A stretch of 63,651 bases of DNA, counting the filler, from Salisapilia sapeloensis CBS 127946 (taxonomy: Eukaryota; Protista; Oomycota), in NCBI GenBank assembly GCA_023334545.1. It is 9 parts of 9 records of this genome, joined end to end, with 100 filler letters (N's around TTAATTAATTAA, not from the genome) between each part and the next. Parts side by side here need not be neighbours in the genome. Positions count along the whole stretch, not along the records: positions 15,514 to 38,556 come from JAADVB010000270.1; positions 38,657 to 39,729 come from JAADVB010001322.1; positions 39,830 to 52,323 come from JAADVB010000411.1; 6 more parts are not named here. One strand, written 5' to 3'. Under the pieces are notes generated by a model that was not told the DNA's origin, did no database searches, and was given only the letters and a program-made list of their open reading frames with translations. The translations under genes and the position numbers were made by a program. Positions 35,401 to 46,000 of the stretch are shown here, one piece after another. Each line of letters begins with the position of its first letter. Position 1 is the first letter of the stretch.

Positions 35401-37529
35401 CCTTTTTCGTGCTCGTTCGAGATATCCACACCAAAGTCGCGACTGCTTCTACAGACAACGTCCAAACAGTTGCAGGCTTACTTGATGGGCACGAGGAAAA
35501 AGAGGAGTGTAGAGGTAGCCTTTGTGCTTTGTATGCGATCTCGTCTATCTGTGTGCTGGCATGGCATGATGAAACGCGTGCCATGATTGATTTTACTACT
35601 GTCTTGCCATTAATGGTATCGTATATTGCCCGCCAGTCGATGCTCTTTCAGACAGAAGACGCTTCTCCAGTGAAAGTCACGATGCTTGCCTTGTGCTGCC
35701 TCGCGCAAGAAGATAAATACCAAGACGATGTGATTGCATCTAGTTTAATTCATCACTTGCATGAAGAGTTTATGAAAAAAGAAGTAGCCATGGATCGGAC
35801 TGTACTTGGATTGGTTTGCAACCTCTTTCGCCAAATCAGCCATGCACCAACCTTTGCCACTGTCGTGAACTCTGATAATCTTCCCATCATCCATTCCTTA
35901 TGGTGCATGCTCGTACAAACTGCGTCATCGTGTGATGATTTGGCGTCCTGCCTTGATTGCGCTGACATACTTTGCAGTCTCGCGTTTGCTGGTGCTAGTA
36001 TGCGTAAAATGCCAGACGATGCTTTCCAATCTCATCGAATAGACAAAGTGAATTCCCAGTTAGTTTCCAAGAAAAGCTTTGATTGTATCCAAGCGCTGAT
36101 GACTAGCGAACAACATTTAGAAACAAGATTGTGCTGCATTACATCCATCTGGATGCTTGCTAGCTATTCCGACAATGCAAAAGCTCTGGTACACCTCGGT
36201 GCTACCCAACTTGTTGTGGAAGAGACACGTCGTCTAGACTCGAGGAATCATGATACCATTCGATTCTATTGTGCTGGAGCACTCAACAGCTTCGCTTCTA
36301 ATGACATGGATAGCATATCTGCCCAAAGGATGATTCAAGATGGTGCAGTACCAGCGCTGGTGGCACTTGCCAAGCGTGACGACAACGTTATTCGGGATCG
36401 ATGTGCTCGTGCTCTGTCCTACCTATCAGCCCAGTCACCGAAGCTAGAGATTGGAGCTGTGATGACCGTACTCTGTGCTTCCAATCTGAATGACAGCTCG
36501 TTGCTTTCATCCACGCCAACGAGACCTCTTATTTTACTGACCAATCGGCATAAAGAACTTGTTCAATTACCAAATTTTGACATGGAGCTACGACCAAGAC
36601 TGGCATGGATGTCTTTGAAATGTCCAGGTAACTTTGACATCAGTCGACCTCCGGTGCCAGCACTTCCTCCTGCAGCATCTACAAATGGAAGCGAAGATGA
36701 TTATTTACTTGATAGTGGTGGCGGAAACGCTAGTGCATCTCGGCAATCTCGATATAAACGATCACAAAGTTTGCCTGGCAAAAACATGAAAGTTATTCCA
36801 TCACTGGATGATGACATCACAAATACTACCGGAGCAAGCGCAAGCGATAGCGGGCGGCGGCGCCAGTACATTGCTTTCCCCAAGTTGGACTCGTCTACAC
36901 CGGATATACGCAAGCCACAACCTGATACATTGAAGTTACAACGTAAGCAGGGCGTGCAAGACAGTTCCGCAGACTCTGGTCTTACAAACAAAAGCCGTGA
37001 TGAAGCTAATGAAGATAAGTTTGGCGTTGCTGATTCCTCTTCTAAAAGTAGACGAATCTCCCAGAATCACAACTCTCGACTTTCAAGTAGCAAAATTCTA
37101 TTGTCACGGTCACTTGACAGCCAGTCCTCCGACAAATCCGGTCAGTCAAAGTTATCAAGACTCGGAAGATCTAAGACGTCTAGTACAAGGTCTTTAGCAC
37201 CGCTGAAGAACTTATCTAGCAGGAGCACAACATTGTCATCTTTACAGGAAACTAAAAGCACAAGTCAGTCGGCTGCTGCGATAAAGACGACGCGATCCAA
37301 GAAAACCATGTCACGAGCTGCTTCAATGGAAAAGCTGGAAGGTGCCGTCACATTAGCTGCAGTAGCTGCGTCCTTCTCTTTATACAAACAAGCTCCAATA
37401 AAACCAGAGATACAACAAGAGTTGGTAGGCTCTACTGATGATGATAGAGTACCACAGACGATGTTACGAACGCGTAGCTTGGAGATGCTCGCGTCAACTT
37501 TTGCTCAATTACAGTCGCGAGAACGGTGA
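32448..37529 (+). CDS. Large armadillo-repeat protein (Vac8-like), 1693 aa, intronless
   Basis: Repeated ARM patterns (ALCNLSNH, RLIEEG, GAVPALVALAK, CARALSYLS) and a Ser-rich disordered C-terminus. Confidence 0.85.
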   Translation: MNNDGSSAQRRKSDIASKTQLHHKLSKHPSTDESPTHKGKKTPRRVMHSMANIHPRNARIQKAWVVESPPKQAFRPYFGDMFSTRGEYVDGILYMSRMKSELKRHLDLGPIEETPSASRSQVRQLLHSDINGGMTGRQKSNSVEEADALTSSSPCDNNDELNQPNEATQELQLREQCARTLSNWSRNVENARLMIEEGVVNSLAHLSHPYDEHTCLHCVTTMHNLSEVVELRNRIVQQGGVKTIVEIWSNTVKDEYLEFLCALTLSNFCSNMGEEERIVTDGAVGALASHGTHRPQLAMVCYSALFNLTYAREVYNRMEIVLKMFMTMVSPSHTNARRAIASNLGADDLILQALCNLSNHAAMRSRLIEEGILTSISSFIRPSMPANQHLIAYILLNLSSSKACRLDMMTRGAMKMILVVANAAHEPDTKNMLAQVLYHLSKPYENQNRMIMEGLLVIIKELCCKHDEGEDDGSDTAKVCVRILYTLSASSVCRPRLVERGVVNILATLSEKLAPSNSIQLCTLALCNFLSEEQAGMDIVQTGAITSLFALCQAPNHSLATKLLFARSLHGICSNPKTQVSVSSDEVIQALLPLMNMDADNLGVAEARAGAKKNVPVTESTRTVQAREPELKSAIRQHCVAALALLAFDTDTIQSIDDTIALDSVIAVMKAEYSNEAIHQLCCTFFSLLAYHEQHANMLARTAIDAMLERCLETSNVMSKKYCCHVIASMSCHQSCCSVLLEAGSLAVLSRMVHQHKSDAFILRLCSIALVNMSSASSLCQSLLSSGALFILSGLSNSYSEDIQNDCSKVLCHLSNLKEQEDRLVGEGTLGVLFMIAMVRAVSSETKEICLRSLVNLLVPSTVDKMIQEGTVKMLPMLSTASSQRSGDTALRLFCKLFAFETGRKAVCADYPPLKSLLDLLKAPPVTSKIAALQETLLSELVFYQDTRSRSVSAGLVEVLCAAIARIREQESEDSGCAARGLTLAFFVLVRDIHTKVATASTDNVQTVAGLLDGHEEKEECRGSLCALYAISSICVLAWHDETRAMIDFTTVLPLMVSYIARQSMLFQTEDASPVKVTMLALCCLAQEDKYQDDVIASSLIHHLHEEFMKKEVAMDRTVLGLVCNLFRQISHAPTFATVVNSDNLPIIHSLWCMLVQTASSCDDLASCLDCADILCSLAFAGASMRKMPDDAFQSHRIDKVNSQLVSKKSFDCIQALMTSEQHLETRLCCITSIWMLASYSDNAKALVHLGATQLVVEETRRLDSRNHDTIRFYCAGALNSFASNDMDSISAQRMIQDGAVPALVALAKRDDNVIRDRCARALSYLSAQSPKLEIGAVMTVLCASNLNDSSLLSSTPTRPLILLTNRHKELVQLPNFDMELRPRLAWMSLKCPGNFDISRPPVPALPPAASTNGSEDDYLLDSGGGNASASRQSRYKRSQSLPGKNMKVIPSLDDDITNTTGASASDSGRRRQYIAFPKLDSSTPDIRKPQPDTLKLQRKQGVQDSSADSGLTNKSRDEANEDKFGVADSSSKSRRISQNHNSRLSSSKILLSRSLDSQSSDKSGQSKLSRLGRSKTSSTRSLAPLKNLSSRSTTLSSLQETKSTSQSAAAIKTTRSKKTMSRAASMEKLEGAVTLAAVAASFSLYKQAPIKPEIQQELVGSTDDDRVPQTMLRTRSLEMLASTFAQLQSRER

Positions 37530-38527
37530 AGTAGTTTGTAGTTGGTCTATTTGCAGTTAGGAATTGCTGCAATTCCGGTTATAAATAAAAGTAGGTATCT
37601 TCTTTGTATTAGCGTGTTCTAGCTACAGCTTGGATCTTGTCGATGATCACTCAGCCAGGCATTGGTGTATCGCATTGCTCTCTCAAACTAAGAGGTAAAT
37701 ATGCCTACGAAGCATAGAGCCTAACTGCAAGCACAGATCGATATCAATCGCGAGTGCTAATTAGTATACCCAAATGGAAGAGCTCCTCATCTCGGTAGTC
37801 AAACAGAAATGAATTATTTTATCGTTATATCGAGCTGTGTGTTGACATACCAGGTTTGTGACATAAAGAAGCTTGTCTTGATGATTTATAGCCCAACAGA
37901 GCCTATAGAGTTTTTCAATTAATAAAGGAAAACGCTTCAAGATGGCATTTTCACTATTAAGAGTTGTAAAAGTAATGAAAATCGTTCCAATAACTTAAGT
38001 TGTTAAGTGCTGAGAATTTGTTTTCTGATTCTGATGTTCTATTTTTCGATTACTTGATAAACAATTCCGATAATTGAATAGATGAAGAAACTCACGTGCT
38101 CGATTTCCGACAAAAGCGGGCGCCGTTGGGTTGCCTTCGCGTGCAGATACGCTCATCGCACTTTTATTAAGTTTAGACTACATCAATTCTTTAAATTTTC
38201 ATGCACAGGAGATAGAGCAAAACATAAACATCGAGGAAATTGGATAAAACTGAAAATAAAAGCGAAATTTGATGGCTCAAATGCATGATCGGAGTCGGAG
38301 TAAGGATTTTTAAACTTTTAAAGATATGATAGATATGCTGGACAGTAAGAAACATTGTAAATGTAAATTATATAGGGATATTGCGCTAGTAGACAATTCT
38401 AAAATCTTTTTAACTTGGCTATCCCACAGGTCACCCACATGGGCTGCTTAAGGAGACGAAATACGTTGCTCGAAAGGCATTTGCTGACGCTTCTTGCTAA
38501 GAAAACTGTTAGTCGGTGCTCTGGAAC

Positions 38528-38556
38528 AGTGGCACTAGTGGCACTAGTAGCACTAG
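38528..38556. repeat. 9-bp tandem repeat (AGTGGCACT-type, about 3 copies) at the end of contig C5
   Basis: agtggcact agtggcact agtagcact ag, running into the spacer. Confidence 0.8.
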
Positions 38557-38657
38557 NNNNNNNNNNNNNNNNNNNNNNNNNNNNNNNNNNNNNNNNNNNN
38601 TTAATTAATTAANNNNNNNNNNNNNNNNNNNNNNNNNNNNNNNNNNNNNNNNNNNNC

Positions 38658-39729
38658 GGCATTGCGACTGTAAATTTAACGCCAGAAAAAGTTACTTTCG
38701 AGAAGTCCAAAGAGTACAAATATGACGAGGATAAGCTAGTAGAGTGGCTCATCAACCAAGCAAATCAATACTGTCTGAAGGTGAAATTTGACAAAAGGAC
38801 CGAAGAAAAAATTCGCGACAAGTTGTTAGTTGCGACTAAGGCCAGGCCCTCGGTTAAATTTAAAGAAATCCGTGACAAGTTTGAAGGTTTAAAATCATCC
38901 ACCATCGAAACTTGCAAAGACAAATTGGTCAGCGAGATAAATTTAAGACGCGAAAAGGCACTTTCGATGCTGGATGTGCTCTTCAATGTGAAAGCACTTC
39001 CTGAATTGGAGAATGAGAGTGTGAAGGAGGCATTGAAAACCTTTGACCGTCTTATCAATTGGATGGACGCCCGAGAACATTCCCCGTTCAAACTGAAAAC
39101 CTCGACTCGAGTAACATTGCAGCTACCTCTACGTCTTCCACATGCCCTCAAAGATTTACTCGACCTTTTAAAGAATGAGCACATCGATGCTTTTCAATCA
39201 TACCTTGAGCAACTGCCATCGAAACACGGCAAAGGTATTGATGTCTGGCACTCGAAAATTGAATCACTTTTAAGATTGCCGACATCTAGTGCTGGAGCAA
39301 AGAACTATTCGGGAAAGAGTACTCAAGAAATGATGCCGGAATTCGAGTTTGCTATGCGTGAACCACTATCAATGTGGAAGACAATGTGGAAAGAAGCAGC
39401 GGAGACCATTTTTGCTGAAATGCTGACGAATCTCCCGGAAACCCAATCGCCTCCGAAACGTCATAGACTGAAAAGAAATTGCGGAGTCGATGCAGCAGTG
39501 AATGACGCCTTCCGCATTGTAATTTCTACGTGGGGTAAAAGCTCCAAGCCTATTATGGAGGTTGACATCAAAGACACAATGCGTGGAGCATACAGCACCT
39601 GCAACATCAAGAAGGAAAGGGTGGAGCCGCCAAAGAAGACAATTGAAGTGTTTCAATTTAAACCACTCAAACAATTGAAGCAGGCCGCTGTTCCACTCGG
39701 CAAGCTGCCGTTTACTCAAAATGACCAAG
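38658..39729 (+). CDS. Unknown protein fragment; frame open across the whole of contig C6
   Basis: The frame starting at 38658 (GIATVNLTPEKVTF...) is continuous with the tracked ORF at 38781 to the contig end, about 357 codons without a stop. No domain recognised. Confidence 0.7.
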
Positions 39730-39829
39730 NNNNNNNNNNNNNNNNNNNNNNNNNNNNNNNNNNNNNNNNNNNNTTAATTAATTAANNNNNNNNNNNNNNN
39801 NNNNNNNNNNNNNNNNNNNNNNNNNNNNN

Positions 39830-39970
39830 CCCAGTCGCAGCCGTCTCCTCGTCGCTCCCGTGGATAATCACCTCGTGCTCACCACTCTTCGCGTGCCGAC
39901 CGCGAACGCACATGGCCGTCACACAAGCCACCAAGACACTGCACGCGATGGCAATCACAATAGACACCCA
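39830..39970. repeat. C7 left terminal inverted repeat arm (141 bp; copy of the carboxypeptidase TM/tail sequence)
   Basis: Exact reverse complement of 52183-52323; mismatch at 39971 versus 52182. Confidence 0.97.
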
Positions 39971-40022
39971 CAACCGTGGCACTATACAAGATCTGGAAAC
40001 TTGGAATATTTGTCTTATCTCG

Positions 40023-43000
40023 TTAATTTTTTCTCCTAAGAAAGCAGTAATTCAGTTCATGGCTCTCTTTGTCTTTTGCTCTGCATTCGAGTCCACAACC
40101 ATTGCCACACTCGACGATCCTCATTCCACAAACTTTCACATGCCTCAAGTTTGCCTGCGCGGTCATAACTTCCCCACAACCAAGTGGGCAGTAGATCAGC
40201 CGTAGGTTACATTCGTGCTCTTCGTGTCGCTTTAGTTCGTGTGCAGCTAACGTAGACATGCATCGATGAGAGCATTTGACTCGACGCATTGGACAGCTTT
40301 GTTCACGATGCTTGGAGAGATCTGTCTGAACAATATCTTTTTCGCCACATAAAACACAGGACACAAGACGTGCAGAGCATTCTTCACGTCGATGCCTATA
40401 CAAATTTTCTCCCCGCATCTCTTTTCCGCATGATTCACATTTGGCATGTCGCTTGGCACAATGATCTTTCATGTGGCTTTCCAGTGTATGAAGTGAAATA
40501 TTAAGACCACATTGCAGTGGACAAGGCACGAGCCGGCGTTTACATGCCTTTTCTACATGCTCCTGAACTTGGCAATAAAAGATGTGTTTGATCCCACATT
40601 TATTCGGGCATGGAACTCGGCGTAATTCACATTCCTGGGTTTCATGGACCAATCGATGTTTTGCTATTACAGTTTCTTTACAGCCATTTGCACAATCCAC
40701 TCTTCGCAATGGGCAAACTTCTTGCTCATGGTCATCACGTAGGCAACGCAGTAGACCGGTCTCAGGACAGCCATTGCGGCAACGAACCGTGCCATTTGGG
40801 CATTCATACTTTTGATGGTCGGCACTATCGCACGCTTGAATGAAAGAAACAGTATTTGTAGCTGGGTCCAAGCATTCTAGTGGGCAACTGATTAGTCTCT
40901 TTGGACATTTGGACTCGAGATGCTCGGGGTACTTTGCTCCAAGCATAGTAGCACCACAAACACAGTGGACTGTTCTATGTGCGCATTCCTTCTCCATGTG
41001 GAAATTCAGACTTTCAGCAGCTATAACATCGTCACAAGAGATATGGATTGGACATTTAACGCCTCGCTTCGGACAGTCAAACTGTGTATGATGTTTTAGC
41101 TCTTCTGCCCAGAGTCCTTCGATAGGACAGCCAAGCGAACATACAACAGGTCGCTTCATACATTCTTCGCGTTCATGCTTTTGCAATGGTAAAAATTGTC
41201 CAGTAATATCATCATCGTCTCCTACTTGATGATCCACTTCTCTCGTTGAGTATCCACATCCCCATCGACAAAGTCGATGGCCAACCTTCTCTCTTCCGAC
41301 ACAATACATAGATCTTCCTCCACGAACTTGAGTTAGGAGATCGGCGATTTCTCCATTGCTTACTTGACGAGCGATATCAAGAGCGGTCATGTTCTTGCTA
41401 TCAACCACGTTCAAGTCGATGGTACTATGGCGGACTAGTAGTCGAACAGCCTCCAGTTGGTGATTTGCAGTAGCAACCATCAAAGGTGTTCGTCCATCTG
41501 CAGCCGAAGCTCGATTGACATCTGCACCATGCTCAAGCAAGGCTTCAATTGCCCGTAAAGATCCGTGGAATGCTGCGATGCGCAGCGCAGTATTTCCACA
41601 TTTACTTTCGAAATCGACCACCGGTCTATTAGCTTTGCGATCAAGTAGCAAGTCGATCATAAGCATTTGATTACCATCAGCATCTTTTGTATATGCTTCT
41701 TCGATTGCAGCAGCCATGAGTGGAGATATCTCTCCATCCTGTGTCGTATAATCTGCACTTGCTTTCTCGTCAAGTAGCTGCGTTATTTCTTCAAATAATC
41801 TAGCAGCAATTGCAGTATCTAACTTGTCATGAAGTTCTTTTCGTTCCCGCATCTGCTCCTCTACACGCTTTCTCGCCGCAATTTTAACACTTAACTGAGA
41901 CTTCCTTTCATTCCAATCTCCATAAGCTTGTTCGATAACCTCACGCATAGGTTGATATTTGCTTTCATGCCAGCCTCCATTTGAAGGTTGGAAATCACTA
42001 CAGTCGAATCTGTCAAGTGCAAGTTCCAGTGTATCAGACACAGTCATTGGCTCCTTGCCCTCGCTACCATCAAGTGGCTGTAGAACCCAACCATGCAGAT
42101 GGCATGAGTTATTTTGGCTGGTGATAACATCCTCACTGTTTGCAATTGAAAGTGGGCATGGGATATTGCATTGAGGCACGACATGCGTTTTTTGCCACAA
42201 TCGCGCCCCATGTTCTAAAAGCAGAGTTACCACATCGGAATAACCACTCATGACCGCTTCATGAAGAGGTACACGTCTTGTTTGACGCAGAAATGCAAGA
42301 CGACGTTGTATATGCCCAATTAGGAAGGACTGAGCGATGCTGTCGATCAAAAGACTCATGGATTTGTCGGAGAGACCTGGATGTCTCGATAAATCACTTG
42401 AACCAGTGCTCCCTCCTGCAGCTTCCTTCCTTCTCTTCAGCCATGCTTTAATTGATAGCTGCAACAAAGAAGCACATAGTGAACGCTCTTCAGGTGTATA
42501 GCCACAGCTCCCTCCACTTGCAAGTAGCAAATGGACCATACCCTCATTGCCTACACTACAGGCCAATGTCATAGGTGTATGTCCATTTAACGCAACACTA
42601 TTCACTAAAGTGTGCGCTTTTAATCGCTGCTTTGCAATTTCCAGTGCTTTCTTCGCATTCTCCAACTCCGACCGACAAGAATGGACTTCTTCTTGTCGGG
42701 ATGGCAAAGACCTTCTTGAAATATCTAGATCGAACTCTGCCTGTTGCAACCGTTTCTGAAGGTCTGCTGCAACAGCTTGCAATTTTTTCATTTTATCACC
42801 AATTGAATCCCGCTCGACATTTATGTTATACTCACGATCCACTCCGTTGATCCACAAAGCAAGCTTTTCCAACACCGTTGCGCTCGCAACAAACTGTGTT
42901 GTATCGCTACCAGGTTCCAAAGTGAAGGCTGAAACGTACTTTGATATCGAGAGGAAATCTGGAGACCGAAAGCACTCTCTTCTGACCTTTGTCATCACAT

Positions 43001-46000
43001 CCAGCGCAGTAGGCTGACGGCGATATGCTCTCAACTTTTGCAGTAAGCTTCGATCCATTAATAATGCCTGTGACGCATTCCACCATTCTCGATCGGTATA
43101 CTCCGTAGCGTTTCTTCTTCCTCGTGGTAAGACACCCGTAAGCAAACACAGCGCCTTTGTGATGACCAGTACCGTTGGCGTTGGCACATGAACATTTACA
43201 AGTGCAGCAATATCTTGCGTGGTAAAAGATCGGATTGTTTCTAGCATGCGATTCTCAAGGGCACTTGATTCAGCATCCAAGATGTCTCGAGAGCCATCAA
43301 CACGGCGTATTTGAGAGTTCGTATTTGCAAGCTCACGACGAAGCTCCTCTACTTGCACGCTCTGCTCTTCAGTTGCGGTAAGACTGTCACTACAGGCGCA
43401 TATACTATCCTCCCAGTTCTTTTGAGCTTTTTCTGTTTGCTGTTCTGCCTTCTCACATGCCTGGCGTAAGCGTTGCTCCATAGCCAATGCATCAACGGCA
43501 GTATCAAGAGAATTGCTATAGCGAAATAAACTCGAGACGTAGTCGTAGTCAGAGCAAGCAATTGCTCTGAATAGGTGCTCTAAATCTTGCTCTGTCTGTA
43601 GTTGCTGCTCGAGCAACTTCACAATCTTTTCACGATCCAATTGATGTTCATAAGGTAGCTTGTTTCGGTCAGCAGCCAATTCTTTTGCCACTTCTAGAGT
43701 GCACTCGCCGTGACGGTTCACATGATCTGCCTTAGCTCTATGACTTAATAACAATGCCACCAAGTCGACATTTCCAGATGTAACAGCCTCTCTCAAGGGA
43801 GTCCGACCTCTTGAAGTTTCCAAATTTACATCCGCTCCATATTGGAGGAGAATCTCTACACTTTGCATGTCGTTGACAGAAACCGCAGTAGTGAGAGGTG
43901 AAAACCCATTCATAAATTCTTCATTGGATGCGCTAACTTTGTCTTCAAGCTGTTGGAATAAGTAGCTTACCAAGTCTTCATCATGATCTGTCAAAGCCCT
44001 TTCAAGCGCAGATGCATGATGGCGTACACATTTAGCAAGTCTTCGGTCAACAATCCATAGTGCAAGTGGACGGCCACATCTGTTGTCACCAGAACCAAAT
44101 CCACAATTGACAATGCGTTGCCTACATCGTTTCCAGTGAGTATCTTCTTCATACGCAAAAATGCTCTCTGAACATCCAGTAGAACACTGGATCAAACGAA
44201 GTGTACACTTTTTATTTACATGGTCATCCACATGCATTAAAGGAATTTGGCTGCCGCAACGCAAAGGACAATATAGTAAACGCCGAAGACAGCTATTACT
44301 CTCGTGATCTGTTACTTCGCAAGCACGAATGTGAAGACCACACCCTTGGCTACAACGAACGATCCGTTCGGGACAGCTAAATTTCTTGTGTTCATTTACT
44401 TTCTTCGCAACGATTTGAGTTTGACATTTGGAACAGTTCACTATCCTTTGCAAGCACTTATTGTTTACATGATCTTCTAGTTCTTCAAAAGTAAGAGATT
44501 GCTTACATCCTATAATCGGACATTCTCCTACCACTCTCTTACGACAATCAGAAGCAAGATGCCTTGCTTGCGTATCTGCTATAATGAGTTCGCTACATTT
44601 CTCGCATGGAATTGTCCGCTTCGGACACGATTTACTCTCATGAAGAGGTCTATCCGATTTAGCAACTAATGCACCACATCCTAATTGGCATCGATGTGGA
44701 TACTTCTGGCAGTCTTCCTTGATATGGTTCTTCAGATCTCTTGCTAATATAGAGTCATGACAATGTGGACAGCAAATATCACGATAGTCGCAGTTTCCTT
44801 CTTCATGTGTGCGTAAATGCTTTTGAGGCAGTAAAGTGCCACATCCGAGAGAGCAATATATATTTCGCTCTTCACATCCAGTGGCTATATGTGCTTGAAT
44901 ACTTTTTGATAGCACTTGCATGCCACATCCAAGAGGACAGAATGTTGTGCGGAGAAGACATGTTGATAGCAAATGATGGTCTTCTTCTTCTGATAATATA
45001 TAGCTGCATTGGAAATCAATACCTTTGTCGAGTATTTCATGCTCAAACTTGTGCAGATTAATTCTTTCCACAGAGTTACCGAAGCGTACGAGATGCTCTC
45101 CAGAGGTTTGGGAATAGGATAAGATAAAACCAATTTTGGAAACTTGCTCGGACTTCCTTTTGCACTCAGTTGCTTCATAAAGAAGTTTTAAACAAAAATT
45201 TTCAAAGCAGGATATCAAATACTTTCGGGTCAGCGTACTGGACATACATATAGATAGGTCGCTCCGTAAATTCTCGCGTACATCTTCTTCAAACATTAAG
45301 AGACTTTCGAGGTACTCATGGTGACGTTGCCAGCGCTTATCTGCTGCCCTCACACTCTTTAATACGGGTGCTACGGAAGTGTCATTTATATCCCACACCT
45401 TTACCGTTCTTTCGCAAAGATCAAGTGGACAGTGAACTTGTCTTTTAGGGCAATTCCCAATATCCGACAATAAGTGTGTGTCGGCTGCTTGAACTGAGAG
45501 CTCTTCACTACAAGCCCCAGGACAATTTATTATCTGAAGGTCACAATGGTGAGCGTAGTGATTATCCAAAGCACAAAAAGGTAATATGCCAGATAGATCA
45601 CATCCATTCCGACAGTCGCATAATTTGTATGGACACGTATGCTCTTCATGATGTTGTCGAGCATGAGTCGAGCCTTTTAGGACGCTCTTACATCCAATCG
45701 CCGTCCATTTGCAAGGAATGGGTCGATACGTACACTTTTCCGTACAATGGAAACTCATTTGCTCGTAGACAACCATTTGGCCACACCCTCTTTCGCATTC
45801 TACAAGCCTCTTGCTGCAACGCTTTTTTAAATGAAGCTTTCTTTCATTCGCAGCTACTTGCTCTCCGCAGAAATTAGGACAATCGATTGTTCGATATGGA
45901 CACTCTTTTGACTCATGCTCATGCAGCGAGTCGAAGGTCACGGACACGCCGCAGTTTAGACGACAAGAAACATGACGTTTCCTGCAATGATATTTGACAT

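Noticed and set aside
38528-38556. Possible telomere at the end of C5
   Set aside because: The unit is not TTTAGGG-like and there are only about three copies.
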